From: an uncultured bacterium
GTDB lineage: Bacteria; Oederibacteriota; Muellerivitia; Muellerivitales; Muellerivitaceae
Length of the DNA: 64,000 bases
Direction of reading: 5' to 3'
NCBI GenBank assembly: GCA_964525605.1
Contig: CAZGKT010000005.1
Coordinates: 9,122-73,121, forward strand
The position numbers and the translations under genes are program-made. Of the stretch, positions 37,352-46,449 are shown piece after piece. The notes under the pieces were generated by a model that was given only the letters and a program-made list of their open reading frames with translations, did no database searches and had not been told where the DNA came from. Within the stretch, counting starts at the first letter, position 1. Each line of letters opens with the position of its first letter.

Positions 37352-38764
37352 TTACAAATTCAAATCTACCGCCGCGTCTCCGTCCAGGGCCACTCGGCCC
37401 TCCAGCCCATAATCACTGACGAAGGCCTCTTCCATCTTAAGGGAGGTGATGGTGGTGTGAAGTCTCGCGAATCGCCCCAGGGGGCGGTTGAGCAATTTGG
37501 TCAACTGCTGCTGCAGATCATCCAGACTTTTTCCCACAGGCACCACTGCTTTTTTGCGTAATTCTTCCCGGATGCCCGAACCGGCGACGAACTCGGCCAT
37601 CTGCACCAGGAAGTCGTTGGTCTGGATATCAAAATCCATATCAGGAAAATCGATCAACTGGGTGTCCTCGTGGTAGATGGGCGTGCCCACCAGATAAATG
37701 GTCAGTTGGGACTGATTGCCGGAAAGGCTGACGAGCGAGTCGTAATCCACCGTGGCCTCCACCACCAGTTGGCCTCCCGAGCCGTAAACCGAGATGTTGG
37801 TGATTTTGAGATGATGGTCTCCACTTCCAGGAAGGGCTTTGTTCAAGATGCCCGTCTTGGGATCGATCAGAAGCTTGTTGACTTCATGGAAGCTTATCTT
37901 CAGGTTGGTCTCAATGTGGAATCCCTCCGGTCCCGGCTGGTAGTCGGAAAGGGGAGGGAGTTCACTTTTCTCCAGAGTGGGTTTTTGTCCGATGATCACG
38001 TTGGGCTGGGCGTAGACCTCAAAGACTGTTTCCAGCCTGGGTGACTTGGCGTCGGGAATCAAACGGTAGGAACCCACACTTACCTTGTTAGTCTTGATCT
38101 GAAGCCAGGTATCCTCGGCCATGCGGATGGGTTCTTGCAGGGATTCCCAGAGTTCCTTGACCTGGGCGCGGATGTTGGTCGTTCGCTTCATACCCTCGTG
38201 AAACTTGGCCGTGCCCTTTCGGAGCAATCGTTCACCCTTTTTGAGGTCCGATTCTTCCGCCGCCCCTGTGTTTCCCGATGATTCCGGCGCCTCGTCAAAG
38301 TTTGGCGCTTCCAGGTGCCAATCCTTGTTCCACTGCAGCGCCGAGGAAAGGTCCACCTTCGCGTCCTGTTCCACCTCCTCCGCGATCTTTTCGGCCTCCT
38401 TCACGTCCGCGCCCAGGGTTCGGTGGGGTTTTTTATAGTGCATGTGCATGTGGGCGGTCAGGCTGTTTCCGTTGAATTCCCACTCCATGGGGTCCCACCA
38501 GACAGTGGCGCCGATGCTATGGGTGAGAGATTTCTCGGCCATTTTAAAATCAGTCTTCACAAATTCCGCCAGGTGTTTTTCCACTTCGCTTAATTGCGGA
38601 AGGTTTATCACCACGGGGATACGCAGCCGGGCAGGCGGAGGTGGTTTCAGCGTATGGAGGGGGGAAGGCCGGACGGGGACACGCAAGTGCGGCCCCGTGG
38701 CGCAACCAACGACCCAAAGGCCAAATAGGGACAATAAAAATAGCCGGGTAAAGGTTCTTTTCAT
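37352..38764 (-). CDS. Hypothetical lipoprotein
   Basis: Signal peptide with lipobox 'WVVGCATG'; 470 aa. Confidence 0.45.
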   Translation of the reverse strand: MKRTFTRLFLLSLFGLWVVGCATGPHLRVPVRPSPLHTLKPPPPARLRIPVVINLPQLSEVEKHLAEFVKTDFKMAEKSLTHSIGATVWWDPMEWEFNGNSLTAHMHMHYKKPHRTLGADVKEAEKIAEEVEQDAKVDLSSALQWNKDWHLEAPNFDEAPESSGNTGAAEESDLKKGERLLRKGTAKFHEGMKRTTNIRAQVKELWESLQEPIRMAEDTWLQIKTNKVSVGSYRLIPDAKSPRLETVFEVYAQPNVIIGQKPTLEKSELPPLSDYQPGPEGFHIETNLKISFHEVNKLLIDPKTGILNKALPGSGDHHLKITNISVYGSGGQLVVEATVDYDSLVSLSGNQSQLTIYLVGTPIYHEDTQLIDFPDMDFDIQTNDFLVQMAEFVAGSGIREELRKKAVVPVGKSLDDLQQQLTKLLNRPLGRFARLHTTITSLKMEEAFVSDYGLEGRVALDGDAAVDLNL

Positions 38765-38908
38765 GGCGGTATTTTACACCTGGATAAAGCCTTCGGCTTC
38801 ATGGGATTCAACACGTTCAACCCTTCGTCTGAAGAACCTTGCGGAAGTACGTCCGTTTTTAAGGTGACTTAGGGTAGAATTTCAGGGTTCTTCCGCTGAT
38901 GTTATATT

Positions 38909-41452
38909 TTGAAAATGCCTGCACGGCCTGAACCGATCCTGAATGATTGGAGTTCTCCCTTGAAACGGTTTTATGGGGTGTTTCGGTTGGGCTTGTGTAT
39001 GACTCTCTTTCAACCTTTTCCCCTTTTTGCGCTTTCATTTGATCTGACACCAACTCCTAGGCCGAATCCTTCCTCTAAACCTGACTCAGCCATCCAGAAA
39101 AAAATCCACCAGGCTTATATGAATATTCCTCTCTCGTTTGAGAAAAACGAGGGTCAAACAGATCCACAAGTTCGTTTTCTGGCCAGAGGCCAGGGCTACA
39201 GCCTGTTTCTCACCCCAGCCGAAGCGGTATTAACGCTGTGTAAATCCAAAAACACCAAACCGCAAACTCAATCAAGGGATGTGGTGCGCATGCGTCTCAT
39301 GGGCGGTAACCGTCTCTGTCGGTTCGAGGGGCAGGAGAAGCAGTCAGGCAAATCCAACTATTTCATCGGCCCTAATCCGGAGAAGTGGAGAACCGGAATC
39401 GAGCAATACTCGAAAGTGCGCATGTCCAATGTCTATCCCGGTATCGATATGGTTTATTACGGCAAACAAAGCCGGATGGAATACGACTTCGTCGTGCAGC
39501 CAGGCGCGGATCCATCCAACATACGCTTAAAGTTTGAAGGGATGAAAAGCGCGAAGGTTGGTAATGAAGGGAACCTCCAAATCAAGACCAGCGGTGGAAA
39601 CCTGACCTTTCATTCGCCTGTGATTTACCAAGGAGAGGGAAGCGAAAGAACCCGGGTTCAAGGGCAGTTTGTTCAAATGGCCCAGGGCGAGGTGCGGTTT
39701 GAGGTGGGAGCCTATGATGCCACGAAAACACTTGTGATTGATCCCACCCTCGTTTACTCAACCTACTTGGGTGGAAGCGCCGATGACTTTGCGAGCGCGA
39801 TCGCGGTGGATGGGGGCGGAAACGCCTATGTCACGGGTCAAACGGACGGTAATTTCCCCACGACTGCCGGGACCTACCAGAATGCTTTTGGCGGCGGTGG
39901 AACGGACGCTTTTGTGGCAAAAATAGGCGTTACCGGAAACGTTTTGATCTATTCGACTTATTTGGGCGGAAATGGAATGGATGTAGGTTGGGGTATCGCG
40001 GTTAATGGTGCGGGGAACGCTTATGTGACAGGACAAACCACCGGAAATTTTCCAATCACCGGCGGGGTTGTTCAGACGGTTTTTAACGGTGGCGGCAATC
40101 CCTCGGCCTTTGTGACTGAATTGAACCCCTTTGGGAGCGCGCTTGTCTTTTCCACCTATCTGGGCGGAAGCGGCGGTAGCTGGGGTTACGGGATCACGGG
40201 GGATGGCGGGGGTGACATTTATGTGACGGGTGTAGCTCTCGCGAACTTTCCAACAACAGCCGGAGCCTACCAACCCCTATTTGGTGGGAGTGCTTCAAAC
40301 GGATTTGTAACCAAGTTGAATCCAAACGCGACCGTCATGCTTTATTCCACTTATCTGGGCGGCGCCAGTTCGACCGGTGCACTTGCCGTCGCGGTGGATG
40401 GGGCTGGAGATGCCTACGTCACGGGAGAAGCCCAAGCCAATTTTCCGACTACCGCTGGGGCCTACCAAACGGTCTATGGGGGAGGGACCTCCAATGCAAT
40501 GATCGTGAAATTAAACCCTGCCGGAAGCGCCCTGCTTTATGCAACCTATCTGGGTGGTAACGGAAACGATTTTGGGTATGCCATCACGATTGATGGCGCC
40601 GGAAGCGCTTATGTGACGGGGAACACAACTTCGGGGAATTTTCCAACCACCGGAGGGGCCTATCAGACGGCTTTGAACGGGGGTCAAGACGCTTTTGTCT
40701 CGAAATTGAACCCGGCTGGCTCCGCCCTCTCCTATTCCACCTTCCTAGGTGGGAATGGCATGACGAGCGGACAAGGCATCGCGGTGGATCCGAGCGGGAA
40801 TATCTATGTGACTGGCTCCACAAGCGGAAACTTTCCTACAACCACAGGGGCCATCCAGGCCGCCTATGGAGGGGGCAATTCGGATGCTTTTGTGGCAGAG
40901 ATTAAACCGGCGGGGGGCGGCGCAAACGATCTGGTGGCTTCAACCTATTTGGGTGGGGGTGGCAATGATACCGCCCATGGATTGGCATTGGATTCATCGC
41001 AGAATGTTTATATCGCGGGAATCACCAGCGGGGCTTTTCCAACAACTGGAGGAGTCTTTCAACCGAATTATGGCGGTGGGAATTCCGACGCATTCATCGC
41101 TAAATTATCCTTGGCCACCCCCACCAACACGCCCCAACCCACCAACACCCCTGTTCCGCCCTGTTCCGCCCAATTTTTGATTTCAAAAAATGAGTATTCT
41201 CCCAAGACCTCCCTGACCCAACTCGCCATCAATTACAGCCTTTGCGCACCGGGGTCTTGCTCGATCAAGATTTACAACACCGCCGGGGAAAAGGTGAGGA
41301 CGTTAACCGATTCCAGCCAGAACATCGGGGTTTACCAGTTACCCTGGGACGGAAGAAACGACAAACAAGCCTATGTGGCCAGCGGGGTTTACCTCCTCGT
41401 CTTTACGGAGCCCCTGGGAATCCACTATGGCAGGGTCATGATCGTTAATTAG
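38909..41452 (+). CDS. SBBP beta-propeller repeat protein with C-terminal FlgD-Ig-like domain
   Basis: Roughly 15 tandem units of 'YSTYLGGxGxDxGxxIAVDxxGNAYVTGxTxSxNFPTTxGAYQ' (SBBP, PF06739-like). The C-terminus 'SIKIYNTAGEKVRTL...WDGRND...VASGVYLLV' matches the FlgD Ig-like pattern. Confidence 0.6.
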   Translation: MKMPARPEPILNDWSSPLKRFYGVFRLGLCMTLFQPFPLFALSFDLTPTPRPNPSSKPDSAIQKKIHQAYMNIPLSFEKNEGQTDPQVRFLARGQGYSLFLTPAEAVLTLCKSKNTKPQTQSRDVVRMRLMGGNRLCRFEGQEKQSGKSNYFIGPNPEKWRTGIEQYSKVRMSNVYPGIDMVYYGKQSRMEYDFVVQPGADPSNIRLKFEGMKSAKVGNEGNLQIKTSGGNLTFHSPVIYQGEGSERTRVQGQFVQMAQGEVRFEVGAYDATKTLVIDPTLVYSTYLGGSADDFASAIAVDGGGNAYVTGQTDGNFPTTAGTYQNAFGGGGTDAFVAKIGVTGNVLIYSTYLGGNGMDVGWGIAVNGAGNAYVTGQTTGNFPITGGVVQTVFNGGGNPSAFVTELNPFGSALVFSTYLGGSGGSWGYGITGDGGGDIYVTGVALANFPTTAGAYQPLFGGSASNGFVTKLNPNATVMLYSTYLGGASSTGALAVAVDGAGDAYVTGEAQANFPTTAGAYQTVYGGGTSNAMIVKLNPAGSALLYATYLGGNGNDFGYAITIDGAGSAYVTGNTTSGNFPTTGGAYQTALNGGQDAFVSKLNPAGSALSYSTFLGGNGMTSGQGIAVDPSGNIYVTGSTSGNFPTTTGAIQAAYGGGNSDAFVAEIKPAGGGANDLVASTYLGGGGNDTAHGLALDSSQNVYIAGITSGAFPTTGGVFQPNYGGGNSDAFIAKLSLATPTNTPQPTNTPVPPCSAQFLISKNEYSPKTSLTQLAINYSLCAPGSCSIKIYNTAGEKVRTLTDSSQNIGVYQLPWDGRNDKQAYVASGVYLLVFTEPLGIHYGRVMIVN

Positions 41453-41596
41453 GGCCCTGTCTTTTTTTGGTCGGCCTGCGGTAAAGTCTGCGGGCTACCT
41501 CAATACTCTTCGTGCCGCAAGAAAGACACTATGTCTCAAGAGTTTCACTCGAATCCCCCGGATGTGCCCCCAAACCTAATCCGACAGGTTCGGACG

Positions 41597-41974
41597 ATGG
41601 CCCTGGGGTTGGTTTATTTTGCGGCGGCTTTTTCCTTTGCTCAGCCGGTTCCCACGCCGACTCCCACGGTTGTTCCTTCTTGCTCCACGTATTTCTTTGT
41701 TTCGAGAAACGAGTATTCGCCCTCGGCCAATATGCCCCAGCTCTATGTCCAAAGTGATCTTTGTTATGCCGGGAATTATTCCATTAAAATCTATAATACC
41801 GCGGGGGAAAAGGTAAGAACCTTGCGGGATACCACCAGTCAGCCCGCAGGGCCCGATCAAGTGACATGGGACGGAAAAAATGACGGTGGCCAAAACGTGG
41901 CCAGCGGGGTTTACATCATCATCATGCTTGACACCCTGTCCTATCACGCCGCTAAGGTGGTGGTAATCCGTTAG
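41597..41974 (+). CDS. Small secreted protein made only of the FlgD-Ig-like domain
   Basis: 'NEYSP...YSIKIYNTAGEKVRTL...WDGKNDGGQNVASGVYIIIM' repeats the C-terminal domain of 38909-41452. Confidence 0.5.
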   Translation: MALGLVYFAAAFSFAQPVPTPTPTVVPSCSTYFFVSRNEYSPSANMPQLYVQSDLCYAGNYSIKIYNTAGEKVRTLRDTTSQPAGPDQVTWDGKNDGGQNVASGVYIIIMLDTLSYHAAKVVVIR

Positions 41975-42067
41975 GTCGTCAGTCGGTTTGATTGGAAAAA
42001 ACTGCGTTGAAGTTTCGGCTTGTTTGAAGGGGGGAAACAGTCGATAAAAAAATACGGTGATCGTGCC

Positions 42068-42379
42068 ATGCCCAAACTTTTTTTCGCGATTGTCGCATCC
42101 GGTCCCCTCAAGGGAAAAAAATTTCCTATTTCCGCCGATTCCAAAATCCTCATCGGCCGGGACGAGGAGGCCCAGATCAAACTTGAATCGGATCTGTTCT
42201 GTTCCAGGAAGCACGCTTTATTGTATTTAGAAGGTGATGGTTGTTTTGTCGAGGATTTGAACAGCACGAACGGGACTTCGCTCAATCGAATGAGAATCAC
42301 CGACAAAACAGAAGTGAAAAACAAAGATATTATTCATGCGGGTGACACCGACATCCTTATTGCGGAAATCAACAAGTGA
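42068..42379 (+). CDS. FHA-domain protein
   Basis: 'LIGRD...CSRKHALLYLEGDGCFVEDLNSTNGTSLN' matches the FHA signature (G-R...S-xx-H...NGT). Confidence 0.6.
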   Translation: MPKLFFAIVASGPLKGKKFPISADSKILIGRDEEAQIKLESDLFCSRKHALLYLEGDGCFVEDLNSTNGTSLNRMRITDKTEVKNKDIIHAGDTDILIAEINK

Positions 42380-42614
42380 GCTTATGGGGGGGGCTCTACC
42401 GATCCGGATCCAACCCCTTGACTGGCTAAACCTTGGTTCGCTCTCATCCATTTCCTTCCAATACCCTAAAAACGATTATTCTGGAGCCCAAATCAGCCTC
42501 TCGAAAGAAGCTGGGGGGGTATTCCGGGCCGGATATGCAGAAATCCCTTGTAAAACCTGCGTTACTTTGGATAAATATGCCCGTAGTTAGTCCCCATCTC
42601 CAGGAGGTGATTTT

Positions 42615-42893
42615 GTGACCAAGAGTGAAATGTTGGTAGCGTTGGCTGAAGCGAGTGGTCTTAAGAAGAAAGATGTTGTTACGTTGATGGATGCCCAGCG
42701 GGAACTCATCTACAAAACCCTGAAAAAAGAAGGCCAGATCAAGCTGGATGGCCTCGGAGTATTCCAACTCAAGGACCGGAAGGCCCGCGTCGCTCGCAAT
42801 CCCCGCACTGGCGAGATGGTCAATGTTCCCGCCAAGAAGGTTGTCAAGATTCGCGTGGTGAAGGCCCTGAAGGTGGCGGTTTTGGGCAAATAA
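42615..42893 (+). CDS. HU/IHF-family DNA-binding protein
   Basis: 'MTKSEMLVALAE...GLGVFQLKDRKARVARNPRTGEMVNVPAKKVVKI' is the HU arm signature. GTG start with a GGAGG ribosome-binding site. Confidence 0.8.
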   Translation: MTKSEMLVALAEASGLKKKDVVTLMDAQRELIYKTLKKEGQIKLDGLGVFQLKDRKARVARNPRTGEMVNVPAKKVVKIRVVKALKVAVLGK

Positions 42894-42910
42894 GTAGTCG
42901 AAGAATTACG

Positions 42911-42945
42911 AAAGGGGCCCCTTGGGGCCCCTTTTTTTTTGTCCT
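42911..42945 (+). terminator. Rho-independent terminator
   Basis: GGGGCCCC-ttg-GGGCCCC followed by a T9 run. Confidence 0.75.
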
Positions 42946-42969
42946 TGTAGCCTATCTGGTAATATCAGT

Positions 42970-45342
42970 TCCATGAAACATTCATTTATTTCCCTTGGTT
43001 GGGCCTTCGTTCTTCTGGCGGGCTGGGCGACAACCCTGCGGGCCCAGGGCCTTTCGACCGAAACGACACCTTCGACCAATGCGGTTTATACCCTTTCGGG
43101 CCGCATCCTTGAAAAAGGGAACAAGAGCCCGGTGTTGGGAGGAACTCTTTTCCTGGAACCTACGGGAAATACGCTTATGACCCAATCGACGACGCTCACC
43201 CCGGCCAAGCCCCTTTCAGCGGACGCGGACCTCAATGGGAATTACAGCGTTTCAGTTCCGGCAGGCCCTTATCGATTGATCGCGGCGGGGGAAGGCTTCA
43301 AGAAAATCACTCTCGCTTTTTTCTCTATTCAAAAAGACACCCATAAGGATTTTTACCTGGAGCGGGATGGGTTTACTTTGCCCGAGGTGGTGGTGACCAC
43401 CCAAAAGATTCCCAAGACACAGGTTAGCCAGGAAACCCTTTCCAAGGAAGAATTGACCGAGGTGCCGGGAACCCAGGAGGATGTCTTGAAGGCTCTACAG
43501 GCCCTTCCGGGAGTCATCACCGCCGGGTCCCTCGATGGACAGCTTTTGGTCCGGGGGAGCGGGCCCGACGACAACCTGTATTTCGTCGATAACGTTCCCA
43601 TCGCCTTCCCCTACCATTTCGGCATCATCTCGACCCTGGACTCCAACCTGATCAAGGGAATCGATTTTTATTCCGGGGGATTCGGACCCCAATTTCCCAA
43701 TGCGATGGGAGGGCTAGTGGATTTGACCCAGAGAGACCCTCGGTCCGACCACTGGGGTTTCCGCGCTGATGTGAACCTTTTCCTTTCCGAGTTCGAGGTG
43801 GAGGGGCCGATTACCTCCAACAGTTCCCTGGCCGTCGCCGGACGCCGGAGCTACCTGGATGTTTTCGTCAAGGATTTCAGCGGAAACACGGGGGATATCG
43901 AGGTACCGGTCTTCGACGATTACCAGGTGAAGTACAGTTACAACCCATCTCCCAAGGTTCATTGGGATTTCGTGGCTTTCGGGAGCGACGACACCGTCAG
44001 TGGCTCTCTTTCCGCCTCCTCCACCGTCGCCGCGCAGGATCCGGTTCTCGCGGGGGCCTTTAATTTCAACGACGGCTACAATAGCCAGGGGATTAATTAC
44101 CGCGACACCACCGACAGCGAAAACATAATCGCGAATACCCTTTACCGCACCCATATGTATTTCAACCTCCTCCTGGGCCAGGGTTTCTACGACAACAGCA
44201 CGAGCGACGATATCGGGAACAAGTTCTCATGGAATCACGAGTTCGACGTCGATACCACCCTGGAGGGAGGGCTGCAGTACGACCATTTCATCAATTGGAC
44301 GAACGCCTATATCTTCGTGACGCCTACATCCGACCCCGAAGGCTTCAACCCGAGCACCGTGCCCTCCATCCGCTCGCAGAACACGGTTCAGGAGGACGAT
44401 TTTTCGGCCTACCTGGACCAGAAATTCAAGGCGCTCGACCAAAGACTGAGTGTCTCGGCGGGGGCCCGGCTTGACTACGTGAATTCGGACGAGACCTTCC
44501 TTTTAGCGCCACGGGTCTCAGCGGCCTACCAGCTTTATCCCGCCACCACGCTCAAGGGCTCCTGGGGCTATTACTACGAGGCCCCTGACCGCATTTTCAC
44601 CGAGTCCTACCTGGACCCGAGTCTGGGGAACCCCCATTTGGGCGCGCAGTTATCCGACGCCGCCGTGCTGGGGTTGGAACAGAAACTAGACGAATCGGGG
44701 CTTCTTTTTAGGGTGGAAGGATACGAAAAGGACCTCTCTCAACTGATCGTGTACGACCCTGAACCGGGCGTCAACTATACCAATGGCGGAACTGGGACTG
44801 CCCATGGTGTGGAATTTTTCCTACGTCAGCCTCCCACCGAGAGGTTTTTTGGGTGGATTGCCTATTCGCTCAGCTCCTCCGTGAGGCAGGATTCGCCGGT
44901 CTCGGCGGTCCACCCCTTCGACTACGACGAGCCCAACGTGATCACCGCTGTGGCCAACTATAAGATCAACCCGGGCTGGGACGCGGGGGTCAAGGTGCTC
45001 TATAACACGGGACATCCCTACACCCCGGAATCAGAGGGCGTAACCGTGCCGGAAATGATCAACAACCAACCGGTCACCACGAACGGGGTGCCTGTCTCAT
45101 TAATAACGGCCAAAATCGACTCCCTCGATTCGGCTCGGCTTCCGGATTATTTACGGGTCGATTTTTCCACCTCCATCAAGACTGTTTACGACACCTGGGA
45201 ATGGAAGGTTTATCTGGATGCCTATAATCTTTTGGGTACCAAGAACGTCTTGGGGTATCGATACAACACCAATTACTCCCAACCCACACCGGTTTACGAC
45301 CTGCCCTTTTTGCCTTACCTCGGATTTGAAGTGAAGTATTGA
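42970..45342 (+). CDS. TonB-dependent receptor-like outer-membrane protein
   Basis: Signal peptide, then a carboxypeptidase-regulatory-like N-domain ('YTLSGRILEKGNKSPVLGGTLFLE'), a plug region and a long beta-barrel ending 'LGFEVKY'. Confidence 0.6.
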   Translation, partial: SMKHSFISLGWAFVLLAGWATTLRAQGLSTETTPSTNAVYTLSGRILEKGNKSPVLGGTLFLEPTGNTLMTQSTTLTPAKPLSADADLNGNYSVSVPAGPYRLIAAGEGFKKITLAFFSIQKDTHKDFYLERDGFTLPEVVVTTQKIPKTQVSQETLSKEELTEVPGTQEDVLKALQALPGVITAGSLDGQLLVRGSGPDDNLYFVDNVPIAFPYHFGIISTLDSNLIKGIDFYSGGFGPQFPNAMGGLVDLTQRDPRSDHWGFRADVNLFLSEFEVEGPITSNSSLAVAGRRSYLDVFVKDFSGNTGDIEVPVFDDYQVKYSYNPSPKVHWDFVAFGSDDTVSGSLSASSTVAAQDPVLAGAFNFNDGYNSQGINYRDTTDSENIIANTLYRTHMYFNLLLGQGFYDNSTSDDIGNKFSWNHEFDVDTTLEGGLQYDHFINWTNAYIFVTPTSDPEGFNPSTVPSIRSQNTVQEDDFSAYLDQKFKALDQRLSVSAGARLDYVNSDETFLLAPRVSAAYQLYPATTLKGSWGYYYEAPDRIFTESYLDPSLGNPHLGAQLSDAAVLGLEQKLDESGLLFRVEGYEKDLSQLIVYDPEPGVNYTNGGTGTAHGVEFFLRQPPTERFFGWIAYSLSSSVRQDSPVSAVHPFDYDEPNVITAVANYKINPGWDAGVKVLYNTGHPYTPESEGVTVPEMINNQPVTTNGVPVSLITAKIDSLDSARLPDYLRVDFSTSIKTVYDTWEWKVYLDAYNLLGTKNVLGYRYNTNYSQPTPVYDLPFLPYLGFEVKY

Positions 45343-45493
45343 CGGATCACCCCTCTTTTATGGTCCCGGAAGAGTCTGCTCCTCTGTTATAACGGTTAAG
45401 TCCTTTTAAAATATTGAAAGGGTGTCACATCAAATCTGGGATGAAGCCATTCCTTTATATCGAAGGAGAAATAAATTGAAAAAATCTTTAACG

Positions 45494-45763
45494 ATGCGGG
45501 CTGGATTGTTTTTGGCTGGTTTGTTGGCCGTTGCCGTTGGTTCCGCCCCAAAACTTTACGCGGCTGTGATGGACCCCAGCCTGGGAGTTACGAGTTCAGG
45601 ACCCTATCACCACCCTGACCTGGAGAATACGACCCCGGTGATAGTCCCCAACGATCAACCGCAGAATACACCCGTGGTCCACAAAAAAAAGGCCGTGAAG
45701 AAACATCATTCGACCCCTAAAAAATCCGCGACTCCTGTGAGCCAACCCACTCCCGAAAAATGA
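45494..45763 (+). CDS. Small secreted Lys/His-rich protein
   Basis: Signal peptide MRAGLFLAGLLAVAVGSAP and tail 'HKKKAVKKHHSTPKK'. Confidence 0.35.
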   Translation: MRAGLFLAGLLAVAVGSAPKLYAAVMDPSLGVTSSGPYHHPDLENTTPVIVPNDQPQNTPVVHKKKAVKKHHSTPKKSATPVSQPTPEK

Positions 45764-45978
45764 GTTTGGCTTTACTTTAACCTTGAAAAATCCAGCCGAT
45801 TTAGCGTTCTCGCGTTGGCCCGGCCTAACGTTTCTTTACGGCGCAATGCAGGCTTTGATTCATGCCCATTCCTCAGGGATGATTTGAAAAAGAGTTCGAA
45901 AGTGCCTTTCTAGGCGTGGTCATAGGGGCGGTGACTGGAGTTCGCGGTTTGGCCATGATCAATTAAAAAAGAGAAAAA

Positions 45979-46329
45979 ATGGCTTTCCTCGCAGTTAAGT
46001 TATTACCGCCTCTCCTTCTGACCATTCTCATTGAACTATCCGTTGGAATCCTTCTGGGCTACCGAAAAAAAGTCGAGATGGCGGCGATTGTTTTGGTCAA
46101 TATGGTCACCAACCCCCTGCTGAATTATCTGGTCTTCCTCAACAATCATTTTTCCTTTATCGCGCTTACCCAGCCGATCATCGGGGGATTGGAATTTCTC
46201 GTGGTATTGGCGGAATGGGGAATGCTGGTTTTTGCGCTGCATGGAAAACCGAAGCCGTTATTTGGTTTATCCCTGGCAATGAATGCCTGTTCCTACATCG
46301 TTGGCGTGTGGATCTATGGGGCCCATTAA
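45979..46329 (+). CDS. Small integral membrane protein
   Basis: 116 aa with four hydrophobic helices. Confidence 0.35.
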   Translation: MAFLAVKLLPPLLLTILIELSVGILLGYRKKVEMAAIVLVNMVTNPLLNYLVFLNNHFSFIALTQPIIGGLEFLVVLAEWGMLVFALHGKPKPLFGLSLAMNACSYIVGVWIYGAH

Positions 46330-46449
46330 CCTTTGAGGGTTCCCCTATGACGGAATTTGTAGAGATTTTTTTGGCAAAAGGGTGATTGCCGATGCGAAAT
46401 TCAAAGATAATGATGGCGGTTCAACCAAAACTATAGGGGAATCTGGAAT

